Numbered from the stretch's first letter, positions 29,046 through 39,187 are shown. The stretch is DNA of 64,000 nucleotides from Methanoregula sp. (GCA_039698055.1 JBDKTL010000032.1:1-64000); one strand, 5' to 3'. Numbers and translations: made by a program. The notes: generated from the letters alone by a model not told the origin.

Positions 29046-30365
29046 ATGCCTCTCACGATTATATCACCCGGCATCTATACGTATGGCGCGATGCTCATTG
29101 CTGGCATCCTCAAAAAAAACGGTTATGAGGTCTCAATCAGGAAGGACCTTCAGGCAGGCACCACCGATACGGTTTTTTTAAGCCTGTATTCTACGCTTCA
29201 CCTCCTCAATCCTGAAATCCGGTCGTTTGTCAGCAACCACCGTAAGAACGGGGGCACCTGTTACATCGGCGGCCCGGTATCTGCCTATCCGGAAATTGTT
29301 CTCGGAGAACTTGATGCCAGTGCCGTAGTCCTTGGTGAGGGGGAGGAAACGGTGGTATCCCTTGCCCGTGACGGAATAACAGAGAAGACAAAATGTATTG
29401 CGTTCAGGTCCGGGAAAACAACGGTGGTGAAGACCACATCACCTCCGGAATCCATTGAACACCCGCTGCCATTCATACCCAAAGATATCAGCACGCAGAG
29501 TGTCCGTGGTGCTAATGTCTACATCGAGACTCACCGGGGATGCTCCGGGGCATGCACCTTCTGCCAGGTACCGCGGTTCTTCGGCCACTCAATCCGGAGC
29601 CGGGAAATCCCGGCCATTGTAGAAGAGGTCAAGGCATTCAAAAATGCCGGTGCACAGCGTATCTCCATCAGTGGCGGGACAGGATCGCTGTACAAGACAC
29701 GCGGGGGCGCAGTCAACACGGAAGCTTTTGTTGAGCTGCTCGCAGCACTCGCCAGCGTTATGGGGAGCCGGAACGTATCATCCCCGGATATACGGGTTGA
29801 CTGCATCAACGATGAGATCCTTGAAGCAATCCGGAAGTACACGATCGGGTGGGTCTTTTTTGGTATCGAGTCTGCCAGTGATTCCCTCCTCCGACAGATG
29901 GGAAAAGGAGTGAAAGTGCAGCAGGTGGACGATGCGATAGCACGGTGCCGCCAGCATGGCTTAAAAGTTGCCGGGAGTTTTATCGTAGGGTACCCGACCG
30001 AGAGTCCAAAAGATTATGAACAGTCCAAGACCTTTATCGCAGAGCAACATCTCGATGACGTCTTTATCAGTATTGCCGAACCGATCCCTTCAACCCCCCT
30101 CGCTGCACTCGTTCTCCGCACAGACAAGACAGCAAATCCTGTTTTCATTCCCCATACCGGCGAGTACCGAACGCTCGGCCTCACGGAGGCTGAAGCCCGG
30201 TGTTTCGACCTCACACTTCACGCGGATATGTATAAACCGGCGCTCCATGTCACCACCGATCAGGTCTTCAACACGTATGTAAAAGAGGTTAAAAAACAGG
30301 GGCGGGAGATCAGGGAAGTGACGGAACTTCTCTTCAGATATGCTCAAAGCACAATAACAGATTAA
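29046..30365 (+). CDS. mgmA: Cobalamin-dependent radical SAM enzyme, probable MCR glutamine C-methyltransferase
   Basis: YTYGAMLIAG N-terminus, GGPVS B12-binding motif and ETHRGCSGACTFCQVP; next to mcrA. Confidence 0.8.
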   Translation: MPLTIISPGIYTYGAMLIAGILKKNGYEVSIRKDLQAGTTDTVFLSLYSTLHLLNPEIRSFVSNHRKNGGTCYIGGPVSAYPEIVLGELDASAVVLGEGEETVVSLARDGITEKTKCIAFRSGKTTVVKTTSPPESIEHPLPFIPKDISTQSVRGANVYIETHRGCSGACTFCQVPRFFGHSIRSREIPAIVEEVKAFKNAGAQRISISGGTGSLYKTRGGAVNTEAFVELLAALASVMGSRNVSSPDIRVDCINDEILEAIRKYTIGWVFFGIESASDSLLRQMGKGVKVQQVDDAIARCRQHGLKVAGSFIVGYPTESPKDYEQSKTFIAEQHLDDVFISIAEPIPSTPLAALVLRTDKTANPVFIPHTGEYRTLGLTEAEARCFDLTLHADMYKPALHVTTDQVFNTYVKEVKKQGREIREVTELLFRYAQSTITD

Positions 30366-30490
30366 ACCTGAAACCCGGGGTGGGGGGATGCCTGCAGAAA
30401 TCCCGCTGCTCATCCGTCTCAACGGAATAGGAGGGGATATGGGTGTACGTGAACCTGCCCCTGCTCACCGGATTCGTTCTTTTAACCTGT

Positions 30491-30979
30491 TCAGTCCTTT
30501 TTTGTAACCTCAACTGGATCAATATTCGCATCGATCAGGCAGTCAAATGATACTGTGCTCAGCCACCCGGCTTTTTCAAACATATGCATAAAACAAACGC
30601 CGATAACAGCCGCATTGGAATGTTTGTCAAGAACAGCTTTCACCTGCTCCGCCTTGACCGGAACATTCGGCATGGAGAGCCCGCCCATGACAACAACTGC
30701 CTTGGGTTTCAGGGTAACCGTGCCGGCATGTGCCTGCATGCCGACATCATCAACATGGCTGACCTTCGTTGCCTTGCCCTCATTGACAAACGGGACAAAA
30801 ACCTGCTCCAGTTCAAGCGAGCGGAGCGCAAACCCGAGCAGTTCAACAAATGGCGTGCAGGTGCCCGGGACACCGTAATACACGATCTGGTCGCCTTTTT
30901 TTAAGCCTTTTGCCTCAACAAATTCCTTGAACGGGCGCAGGATGCCCGGGACACCGTGGAAGACTTCCTTTGTGGCCAT
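30491..30979 (-). CDS. DUF2124-family methanogen protein
   Basis: GVPGTCTPFVELL, MGGLSMP and GVCFMHMFEKAGW. Confidence 0.75.
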   Translation of the reverse strand: MATKEVFHGVPGILRPFKEFVEAKGLKKGDQIVYYGVPGTCTPFVELLGFALRSLELEQVFVPFVNEGKATKVSHVDDVGMQAHAGTVTLKPKAVVVMGGLSMPNVPVKAEQVKAVLDKHSNAAVIGVCFMHMFEKAGWLSTVSFDCLIDANIDPVEVTKKD

Positions 30980-31230
30980 GATAGATCAACAGTTATAGGT
31001 AAAGATGATAAAATTGCTGATTCCTGTTGAACTAATGCAGGCAGTCGTGCTGACCATAAAATTCCGGCTAGATTGTTTAGAGCGCCCGCCACCAGTGATT
31101 AAAACCAGATGCTGCTGCATTGTTCTGATTCCCCACCGGTATTTGGTACCGGCACACCGCTTGTTGACCGAGAGCAGTCCGGAAAAGTCCAGATGATTAT
31201 CCTGCCGGTATCCATACATTTATCCCATTA

Positions 31231-31244
31231 TGCGCATATGAGTA
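31231..31244 (+). promoter_or_regulatory. Operator copy 1 (TGCGCATATGAGTA)
   Basis: Follows TATA-like TTTATC at 31219, upstream of the nifX-like operon; motif recurs 6 times. Confidence 0.8.
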
Positions 31245-31262
31245 ATAATCGAAGGTTAGACC

Positions 31263-31595
31263 ATGAAAGTATGTATTACCGCACAAGGTGCAACACTTGA
31301 ATCGCCGTTAGAGGACAGGTTCGGGCGTGCACCGTATTTTATCATTGTTGAGAGCGAGAACGGATCCTTTGAAGCGATCCAGAACCCGTATGCCAATGGT
31401 GCGGGAGGTGTGGGCCCCAAAGCCGCCCAGATACTTATTGCACATGATGTGAAGGCATTGATCAGCGGACAGGTTGGGGGAAACGCACGTGAGGTTCTCG
31501 TTGCCGCAGGGATTGCGATGTACACCTACCGTACCGGTGGATCGGTAAAGGATGCATTTGAGCAGTTCACAAAAAATACGCTTGAACGTTCATAA
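31263..31595 (+). CDS. NifB/NifX-family (FeMo-cofactor-binding domain) protein
   Basis: RFGRAPYF, NP...GGVG and GQVGGNA. Confidence 0.88.
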   Translation: MKVCITAQGATLESPLEDRFGRAPYFIIVESENGSFEAIQNPYANGAGGVGPKAAQILIAHDVKALISGQVGGNAREVLVAAGIAMYTYRTGGSVKDAFEQFTKNTLERS

Positions 31596-31660
31596 GATGA
31601 GGCAGCAGGACGTATAAATGGGAGATAGCTCCTGATGACAAATAGAGCGCGGGACGTACG

Positions 31661-32512
31661 ATGAGACTTGCAATTGCCAGCGGAAAAGGCGGCACCGGTA
31701 AGAGTATGGTAGCCGCAAATCTTGCCTACACGCTCTCCCGGACTGAACCCGTCACCCTTGTTGACTGCGATGTGGAGGAGCCCAATCTTCATCTTTTCTT
31801 CCCGTCGGCTGCCACAACTACGGACGTGACGGTACCGGTACCTGTTATTGATGAAACCACCTGCGATCACTGCGGGCGGTGCGGGGAGTTCTGCCAGTAC
31901 GGCGCTCTTACGGTGCTAGCCGATCGGGTCCTTTTCTTTCCCGAGCTCTGCCACTCCTGCGGGGGATGTACACTGGTCTGCCCGAAAGGCGCGATCCACG
32001 AAAAGCCAAAACGGATAGGAACACTCGCCATCTCAACCCCGCTGCCCAATCTGAAACTGATCTCCGGCATGCTTGACACAGGGAACCCTCATGCGGTGCC
32101 GGTTATCAGGCAGGCAAAAGAGCAGGCAGCAGAAGATCCGCTGGTGATATACGATACGGCACCGGGCACGTCATGCCCGGTAGTAGAGGCACTCGATGGA
32201 TGTGATGCCTGCATCCTTGTCACGGAATCAACCCCGTTTGGCCTGCACGACCTGCAGCTTGCCGTCGATGTGGCCGCCCGCCTGGGTGTTCCCGCCGGCA
32301 TCGTCATCAACCGGAGCGATGGAAAAGACCAGTCAACCATCGCGTTCTGCGCCGACAATGACCTTGAAATTGTGCTGACCATTCCCTTTGACCGTGAAAT
32401 TGCCGCCATCCAGAGCAGGGGCGATCTCCTCTGCCGGGTGCAGCCGGAATGGCAGAAAGCCTTTGTCGCCCTCTTTGTTAAATGCAGCACACTTGCCGGG
32501 GTGGATTTATGA
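31661..32512 (+). CDS. MinD-superfamily P-loop ATPase with inserted ferredoxin domain
   Basis: SGKGGTGKS, DCDVEEPN, 2x CxxCxxC and PGTSCP. Confidence 0.88.
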   Translation: MRLAIASGKGGTGKSMVAANLAYTLSRTEPVTLVDCDVEEPNLHLFFPSAATTTDVTVPVPVIDETTCDHCGRCGEFCQYGALTVLADRVLFFPELCHSCGGCTLVCPKGAIHEKPKRIGTLAISTPLPNLKLISGMLDTGNPHAVPVIRQAKEQAAEDPLVIYDTAPGTSCPVVEALDGCDACILVTESTPFGLHDLQLAVDVAARLGVPAGIVINRSDGKDQSTIAFCADNDLEIVLTIPFDREIAAIQSRGDLLCRVQPEWQKAFVALFVKCSTLAGVDL

Positions 32513-33390
32513 TCCGGCTTGCAGTTATCAGCGGCAAGGGCGGGACAGGAAAGACGATGATTACAGCGGCACTTTCCCAGCTGCTCCCGGGAAAACTTGT
32601 GCTTGCAGACTGTGATGTGGATGCGGCGAACCTTGAGCTCCTGCTCAGCCCACGACTTATTCGGACAGAGCCGTTCATGGGGATGAAGACTGCGGTTATC
32701 GATCCTGTCCTCTGCACGCAGTGCGGGGAATGCGAAGCGCGTTGCCGGTTCAGCGCGATTGAACGTGACGGGGATGCATACACCGTGAACCCGCTTCGCT
32801 GCGAAGGGTGCGCCGTCTGCACCTCTGTATGCCCCGCCGGCGCAGTTACCATGCAGCCGCGACAGACCGGCGAAGTCATGTATTCGGAAACAGATCGGGG
32901 ACACCTCGTGCATGCCCGTCTTGTTCCCGGCGCGGGCAACTCCGGACTGCTCGTCCACGAGGTAAAAAAGACCGCACTCAAATATGACGGGGACTGTGAC
33001 CTCTTCTTAATCGACGGTCCGCCGGGAACCGGATGTCCGCTTATTTCAACGATCAGTGGTGTGGATATGGTGCTGATCGTTACTGAACCAAGCGTCTCAG
33101 GGCTCCATGATCTCAAACGGGTAGTCGCTGTCTGCCGCCAGTTCCGGCCACGGATCCTTGTTGCAGTCAACCGCTTCGATCTGGAACCATCTCTCACGGA
33201 AACAATAGAGCGCTGGTGCAGTGATGAGAACATTCCTGTAATCGGGAAGATTCCCTTTGATCCCGTCGTTATTGAATCAGTCAGGAATGGAGTACCCGTC
33301 ACCCGTGCAGGTGCATCTCCGGCAGCACAAGCCATTCAAACGCTTGCATCCCATCTTGAACAAGAGGTGAAGTCATATAGAGACAAGTGA
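32509..33390 (+). CDS. MinD-superfamily P-loop ATPase with ferredoxin domain (partner paralog)
   Basis: SGKGGTGKT, DCDVDAAN, CTQCGEC/CEGCAVC and DGPPGTGCP. Confidence 0.88.
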   Translation: MIRLAVISGKGGTGKTMITAALSQLLPGKLVLADCDVDAANLELLLSPRLIRTEPFMGMKTAVIDPVLCTQCGECEARCRFSAIERDGDAYTVNPLRCEGCAVCTSVCPAGAVTMQPRQTGEVMYSETDRGHLVHARLVPGAGNSGLLVHEVKKTALKYDGDCDLFLIDGPPGTGCPLISTISGVDMVLIVTEPSVSGLHDLKRVVAVCRQFRPRILVAVNRFDLEPSLTETIERWCSDENIPVIGKIPFDPVVIESVRNGVPVTRAGASPAAQAIQTLASHLEQEVKSYRDK

Positions 33391-33430
33391 GGATGAGAGG
33401 GGATTCTGCCGGCGGCGGGGACGACCACGG

Positions 33431-33796
33431 ATGAACCGTACGATTGATGGCGCGTCATCTGCACGATGCTATGCCCCACAATGCAGCCCGAACAACAACG
33501 ATGAGGTTGTTTCGCTGCTGCCCGAAGAGCTGGCAGTACTGGATCTGGTCGACCTTCAGGGCCTTGAGCAGGAGCAGGCAGCTGCAGTTCTGGGGGTTTC
33601 CCGCAAGACCATCTGGAGGGACATTCACGATGTACGTCGTAAGATCGCGGATGCATTAGTACATGGCAAAGCCCTTGAGATCGGAGGATGCCTGCGCAGG
33701 CAACAGGGTCTCTGCCCAAAAATGTTGGGCATAAACAGTGCCGCACTGACTGCCAGCCCTCCTGACCAGCCGAATGACGATCCTGCTGTCAAATAA
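33431..33796 (+). CDS. DUF134 (UPF0251) HTH protein, paralog 1
   Basis: EELAVLDLVDLQGLEQEQAAAVLGVSRKT...RRKIADALVHGKALEI. Confidence 0.85.
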   Translation: MNRTIDGASSARCYAPQCSPNNNDEVVSLLPEELAVLDLVDLQGLEQEQAAAVLGVSRKTIWRDIHDVRRKIADALVHGKALEIGGCLRRQQGLCPKMLGINSAALTASPPDQPNDDPAVK

Positions 33797-33873
33797 TCGC
33801 GGTGAAGTGAAAAAGAGAGGATAACGGCAATGATTTTTTTTCTGGTCTACCGGCAAACCACGGAGCATCTTTG

Positions 33874-34836
33874 ATGGCTCCACGGCACATCTTCGGTCCC
33901 GTCCTCTCCCGCAGGCTCGGATTATCGCTTGGCGTTGACCTTATCCCCTTCAAGACCTGTTCGTATAACTGCGTCTATTGCGAATGCGGGTCCACTACGA
34001 ATAAGACCATCACGCGGCAGGACTTTTTTCCCGCTGAAGACGTGACAGCGGAACTCCGCACCGTGCTTGCATCCCATCCCCACTTCGATTCGATCACGCT
34101 CGCCGGCTCCGGTGAGCCGACACTCTCCCGGTCGCTTGGGCCGGTGATCCAATGGGTAAAACGCGAGTACCCGGAGTATACCCTGAGTGTCCTCACGAAC
34201 GGGAGTCTCATAACGGACAGGGATGTGCGCGAGGAGCTGGCATTGGCAGACCGGGTGATTCCGACCCTGACATCAGTATCCCAGGAAACATTTGAGCGCA
34301 TCCACCGTCCCCACCCTTCGCTCAGGATAGAGGCGATTGTCGAGGGGATGGTGCAGTTTGGGGAGATGTTTTCCGGTGCTCTCTGGCAAGAAGTGTTCGT
34401 CATCCCCGAACTGAATACCACCACAGAGGAACTGGCCGGCCTGAAAGGGGCGATCAACCGGATCAAACCGGATCGTGTCCAGCTGAATACTCTTGACCGG
34501 CCTGCCGCAGAGGGCTGGGTTGTGGCCGCAACAGACGCCGAACTGGAACGGGTCGGTGCAGTGCTGGGACAATTAGGCATCGAAATTGTCGGCCGAAATT
34601 TTCCCGGTTCACCGGTAATAAAAGCGAGTACGAAGGCATGCGATCTGATCCGTGCAACTCTTTGCCGAAGACCTTCAACAGTCGAAGACCTTGTCAGGAC
34701 CACCGGCATGAGCGGCGGTGAAGTGGCAAAAATCCTTGGAGTGCTTGAACGGGCGGGTTCGGTCACTTCGCACCGGGGCACCCGGGGCGTTTTTTATGCA
34801 ATCTTGCCCGACACAATGAATGATGGAGATGCCTGA
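33874..34836 (+). CDS. Radical SAM Fe-S oxidoreductase with C-terminal wHTH
   Basis: FGPVLSRRLGLSLG, CSYNCVYC and GSGEPTL. Confidence 0.85.
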   Translation: MAPRHIFGPVLSRRLGLSLGVDLIPFKTCSYNCVYCECGSTTNKTITRQDFFPAEDVTAELRTVLASHPHFDSITLAGSGEPTLSRSLGPVIQWVKREYPEYTLSVLTNGSLITDRDVREELALADRVIPTLTSVSQETFERIHRPHPSLRIEAIVEGMVQFGEMFSGALWQEVFVIPELNTTTEELAGLKGAINRIKPDRVQLNTLDRPAAEGWVVAATDAELERVGAVLGQLGIEIVGRNFPGSPVIKASTKACDLIRATLCRRPSTVEDLVRTTGMSGGEVAKILGVLERAGSVTSHRGTRGVFYAILPDTMNDGDA

Positions 34837-35685
34837 ATGGATGTAACGATTCTTGTGGACAACACCGCGCTTTTCGATCGTTATTTTGTCGCAGAGCACG
34901 GGTTTTCCGCATATATCAAGGCTGAAGGGTGCAGGGTATTATTCGATACCGGCTACACTGATGCTGTACTTAAAAATGCACAGAAACTGAAGATCGACCT
35001 TCTTGATCTCGACTATATCGTCCTCTCACACGGGCACTCCGATCATACCGGGGGGCTCTATCACATAATCCAGCTTTTCATGGAAGCAAGCCTTGAAGAT
35101 ACCGCATGCCGCCTTCCCCGGCTTATTGCGCATCCCTGTTGTTTTTATCCCCGCCCAAAACCGCCCCTGCCCGATATTGGGGCGGTTCTCACCGTGGATG
35201 AGGTGCAGAGGATCATGCCACTTGAGCTGTCAAAAGATCCCGTCAGTCTTACACCGGATTTGTTCTTCCTCGGCGAGATCGAACGGAAATTCTCATTTGA
35301 AACGACCCTGCCCGGACCACGGCGCATTGTGATGCCTGACGGAAGCGTGCAGGAGGATCGACTGATCGATGATACTTCCCTCGCTTACCGCAGCCGTGAG
35401 GGGCTTGTAGTCCTCACCAGATGCGCCCATGCAGGGATATGTAACACGGTGGAGCACGCGAAAAAAATCTGTGGGGAGAACAGGGTATGTGATATCATTG
35501 GCGGGCTCCATCTACGGGGGGCTGGCTCACAGCTCGATGGGACCCTTGCGTACCTGAAAAACTAGAACCTTCCCGCTCTTCATGCATGTCATTGCACTGC
35601 ACTTCCGGCAAAGGTCGCCCTGGCACAGATCGCCCCGCTCCAGGAAACCGGCGTTGGGTTGCGACTGGAGTACGGGGTCCGTTAA
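34837..35685 (+). pseudogene. MBL-fold metallohydrolase interrupted by in-frame TAG at 35563-35565
   Basis: LSHGHSDHTGG; the frame continues after TAG as NLPALHACHCTALPAKVAL...ETGVG, matching the paralog at 52775-53629. Confidence 0.75.
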
Positions 35686-35755
35686 CCGATTGACAACCAT
35701 TAAAAAATAATGAAGGAAGAAGAATCCAATACCGTCCTTCCGTGAGGTGTTAAGA

Positions 35756-36139
35756 ATGACTGCTTTATCCTGTTCATTTTGTTCTTCGAATAAAAAAAAG
35801 ATCATCGTTAAAAATGCGTTGTGGTATGCACGATGGGATGCATTCCCGGCTACCCGCGGACACCTGCTGGTGATCCCATTCCGTCACCTTACCGGTTATT
35901 TCGATACCACGGCAGAAGAACAAGCCACCTTACCGGAGATGCTTTTCGAATGCAAAAAAATTCTGGATACAAAATTCTCACCAGCGGGATACAATATTGT
36001 CATCAACATCGGAGAAGCAGCAGACCAGAGAGTGATGCATTGCCATGTTCATTTGATTCCCCGTTATTCCGGAGATACCGACAATCCCCCGGGGGGCATA
36101 CGGGGTATCGTCTTAAAAGAACGCGAACGTGTGGTTTAG
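35756..36139 (+). CDS. HIT family protein
   Basis: CSFC, GHLLVIP and HCHVHLIPR histidine triad. Confidence 0.85.
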   Translation: MTALSCSFCSSNKKKIIVKNALWYARWDAFPATRGHLLVIPFRHLTGYFDTTAEEQATLPEMLFECKKILDTKFSPAGYNIVINIGEAADQRVMHCHVHLIPRYSGDTDNPPGGIRGIVLKERERVV

Positions 36140-36256
36140 AACCCAAACCGATTTTTTTTTGGAATTGGTGAGATAGTTTGTGTTCTCCAGGGAATTTTTC
36201 CCATCTGCATTAAAATAAGGGCTTTACCTGACAAAAAATGCGGACTGCTTCCCGGT

Positions 36257-36547
36257 TCAGAACCGGTAATTCCCGCCCTCAATTTTTATCGTCTTGCCGT
36301 TGGTCAGCGCATCGGCAATCTTTCTCCGGGCAGAGATAACCAGCCGGTGAAACGTGGGCTGCGATATTTCCATCATCGCGGCGCATGCGCTCTGGTCGAG
36401 TCCTTCGAGATCCTTGAGCCTCACCGCTTCAAATTCATCAACAGAAAGGATTGCCTCTTCAGGCTTATTGTTCCCTGCATTCGCAGGTCCAAATGATGTG
36501 AAGGCGGGCTGTTGGCCCACCCTCCTGCACCGTCTTCTTCCCGGCAT
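36257..36547 (-). CDS. DUF134 HTH protein, paralog 2
   Basis: RRRCRRV and DEFEAVRLKDLEGLDQ...MEISQPTF...ARRKIADAL. Confidence 0.88.
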   Translation of the reverse strand: MPGRRRCRRVGQQPAFTSFGPANAGNNKPEEAILSVDEFEAVRLKDLEGLDQSACAAMMEISQPTFHRLVISARRKIADALTNGKTIKIEGGNYRF

Positions 36548-36792
36548 TACTCAAGAGTGGTTAGCCGTCTCTGGATTTCAGTTTTTTCTGCATCAATGCG
36601 TTTGAGTTCTGCTTCAAGGAGCTGTTTCTTTGCTTCCCTGCTCAATGGCTCGGGTTTGACAGAGTTATTCCAGCAGAAGCCCCGGCCCCGGCCGAATCCT
36701 CTTCCCACAGCCATCCCTCTTCCACAGGGGCCCATGCCCCTTCCCGTACCGGGTCCATACCCGGCCGGGCCAGTCTGATCTAATCCAGGCAT
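36547..36792 (-). CDS. DUF5320-family Gly/Arg-rich small protein
   Basis: MPGLDQTGPAGYGPGTGRGMGPCG plus C-terminal coiled coil. Confidence 0.85.
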   Translation of the reverse strand: MPGLDQTGPAGYGPGTGRGMGPCGRGMAVGRGFGRGRGFCWNNSVKPEPLSREAKKQLLEAELKRIDAEKTEIQRRLTTLE

Positions 36793-36810
36793 CTGTTTCG
36801 CCTCAATTTA

Positions 36811-36824
36811 TGAATATATATTCA
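36811..36824. promoter_or_regulatory. Perfect palindrome TGAATATATATTCA, possible operator variant
   Basis: 14-bp palindrome 19 nt upstream of the DUF5320-DUF134 pair; shares TTTA-TG...ATAT...YA geometry with the repeated operator. Confidence 0.5.
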
Positions 36825-36940
36825 CATCGTTAATATGTGTATTGGACCGGGCAATAAGGGATACATCCATGACCGGTTTGCCACAACGGCAATAGTTAAT
36901 TGAATTGTAAAAACCAAAACACAATAAAACCAGGATTCTT

Positions 36941-38143
36941 ATGACTGCAGGCGAAACAAACGAAACCAGAATTCTTGTCCGGGTGGCAATATATTCCCTG
37001 CTGGTAAATGCCGGTCTGGTGGCAATTAAGCTCGCCCTTTCTTTCTCCACGGGAAGCCTGTCGCTTGCGGCCGATGCTGTTCACTCGTTTATCGATATCA
37101 TCGGATCAGGAGCACTTATTCTCGGCCTCGTCATCTCGCAAAGAAAGAGCGACAGTTTTCCCTTTGGGATGTATAAAGTGGAAAATATCGTTGCAGTTAT
37201 CATTGCCCTCCTGCTGTTTGGCACAGCATACGAGATCGTATATCAGGCACTCTTTTTGGCATCAGAAATCCACGTGTTCAACGGATGGGTGCTCGTGCTG
37301 GTTGCAGCGTTGATCCTTGTCCCATTCCTGTTCGGCCGGTACGAAGTCCGCATGGGAACGCAGTTCAATTCTCCCGGCCTTATTGCTGATGGGAAAAATT
37401 TCACCGCCGATGTGCTAGCTTCAACGGTCGTATTTTTTGGTCTTTTAGGGCAGTACTTGCAATTTCCTGTGGACCGGATTGCCGCAATAATTGTAGCCAT
37501 CCTGATCGTGAAGGCAGGATGGGGCATCCTGGTAAACGGTATGCGGGTGCTGCTCGATGCTTCCATCGACACACAGACCCTCGACACAATACGCTCAACC
37601 ATCCTGCAGGATCCTGCCGTTGTGGATGTGCGAAAGATCATGGGAAGGAATTCAGGAAGATACGTATTTGTTGAGGCCGAAATTTCGCTCAGGGCCACAG
37701 GGCTTGAACGGGCACACCAGATAAGCCAGCGGGTTGAGCGGGAGATCAAACGAGCAGTCCCCAATGTGGATCATACGATTCTGCATTATGAGCCCCCGGA
37801 TACCACAAAAGTCCGGTATCTGGTGGCGCTTGCCGATCATAGGGGATCCATAAGCGACCATTTTGGCGAGGCACCGTATTTTGCCATCGTGGACATCGAT
37901 GTTTTAAACCGACAGGTAAAACGGACTGAAGTGATTGCAAACCCCCACCAGAAGGTAGAGAAGGGAAAAGGTATAACGGTGGCAAATTTCCTGGTAACCT
38001 TCAAGCCTGACATTGTCGTAACCCGGGAGGATCTCATGGGTAAAGGGCCGGGATATGTCTTTGCTGAAGCGGGGATTGAGACGTTACAAACAAATGCGGA
38101 CGATTTGGGATCATTTATCCAACGGTCTCTCGAAAAACTTTAA
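36941..38143 (+). CDS. Cation diffusion facilitator fused to a C-terminal NifB/NifX domain
   Basis: ADAVHSFID, FPFGMYKVE and multiple TMs; C-terminal HFGEAPYF...NP...GKG. Confidence 0.88.
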   Translation: MTAGETNETRILVRVAIYSLLVNAGLVAIKLALSFSTGSLSLAADAVHSFIDIIGSGALILGLVISQRKSDSFPFGMYKVENIVAVIIALLLFGTAYEIVYQALFLASEIHVFNGWVLVLVAALILVPFLFGRYEVRMGTQFNSPGLIADGKNFTADVLASTVVFFGLLGQYLQFPVDRIAAIIVAILIVKAGWGILVNGMRVLLDASIDTQTLDTIRSTILQDPAVVDVRKIMGRNSGRYVFVEAEISLRATGLERAHQISQRVEREIKRAVPNVDHTILHYEPPDTTKVRYLVALADHRGSISDHFGEAPYFAIVDIDVLNRQVKRTEVIANPHQKVEKGKGITVANFLVTFKPDIVVTREDLMGKGPGYVFAEAGIETLQTNADDLGSFIQRSLEKL

Positions 38144-38170
38144 TTCCGGATCGGATAATCTGCATCAGAA

Positions 38171-38911
38171 TTAAACGTCGGTGCTGGTGAATGTCAGCAG
38201 GCGCACACCTTTGAACTGCTGGAATGTCGCACCCTGCCCAACGGCGTGCAGCACCACTACTTCATCAATCACGCGTGAGCCGGCGATAATGTTCACCCCG
38301 TAGTTAAACAACACCGGTGAAAGGGGCGTGGTGGGTCCGAGGAGCATCACCAGCGCTTCCGGGCGGCAGAGCTCAAGCAGCCCGTCCATCGTATGATTGA
38401 TCAGTGCACTGCCGGTGAGCGCCACAATATCTGCCTTGGGGATCAGGTCAGCAGCAGATTGCGCAGGATAATCATCCCCTGTAGGATGCTGCTCGATTAC
38501 CCAGAGGTTGCCCACGGATTTGCGGAGCCGGGGGATGAAGGGGAAATGCCCCACGAGCGCCACGTTCTTCCCCGCACCGCGTTTCATCAGGACTTCGGAC
38601 GCATTGATCTCGACAGCATTGGTTTCATCCACATCGAGGAGGGAGTTGATTGCTGCTACCCCTATACCGGCTTCCAGGGGATTATCAGATCGGGCCAGTT
38701 CGGCCAGTTCGCGTGCACTCTTCTGGTGCAGGCGGCCTGCATCATGCACGATGGTGGTGTGATCGTGAGGCGTATCACCGATAATGGTCGTGGCAAGACC
38801 ACAGTGACGGCTGCAGACAGCCGTCCAGTGCGCACCAACCATCACGGAGCGCACGGGGGTATGATCTTCCGGCAGACTGGCTAACAAATCGTCAAGAAGA
38901 TGATGACTCAT
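38171..38911 (-). CDS. DUF364 Rossmann-like putative metal-chelation protein
   Basis: GVAAINSL, VGHFPF, TGSALINHT and LGPTTP; start ATG 38911. Confidence 0.8.
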   Translation of the reverse strand: MSHHLLDDLLASLPEDHTPVRSVMVGAHWTAVCSRHCGLATTIIGDTPHDHTTIVHDAGRLHQKSARELAELARSDNPLEAGIGVAAINSLLDVDETNAVEINASEVLMKRGAGKNVALVGHFPFIPRLRKSVGNLWVIEQHPTGDDYPAQSAADLIPKADIVALTGSALINHTMDGLLELCRPEALVMLLGPTTPLSPVLFNYGVNIIAGSRVIDEVVVLHAVGQGATFQQFKGVRLLTFTSTDV

Positions 38912-39026
38912 ACGGATTCCCTCCATGTTAATTGAATGCCTTAAACCTGTCCCGGCTAATGGGCGTGCAGAAGTGCATTCACATTTATTCTTAGTCATCG
39001 TTCGGTGCGAATGTTTAAATGATTTA

Positions 39027-39040
39027 TGCGCATATGAGGA
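39027..39040 (+). promoter_or_regulatory. Operator copy 2 (TGCGCATATGAGGA)
   Basis: Follows TTTAAAT at 39014; between divergent DUF364 and CMD-Prx genes. Confidence 0.8.
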
Positions 39041-39187
39041 GTAATTAGGCCCATCATTCAGCAATGGTGACAGGTCACCAAGGAAACGAGATGCAGGATA
39101 AAGATTTGTCCTGCACAAGGCCAATTGCCTGCCGCGGGGAGTTCGTCTACCGTGGCATAAACGAAATAATCTGTTGAGGGATAGATT

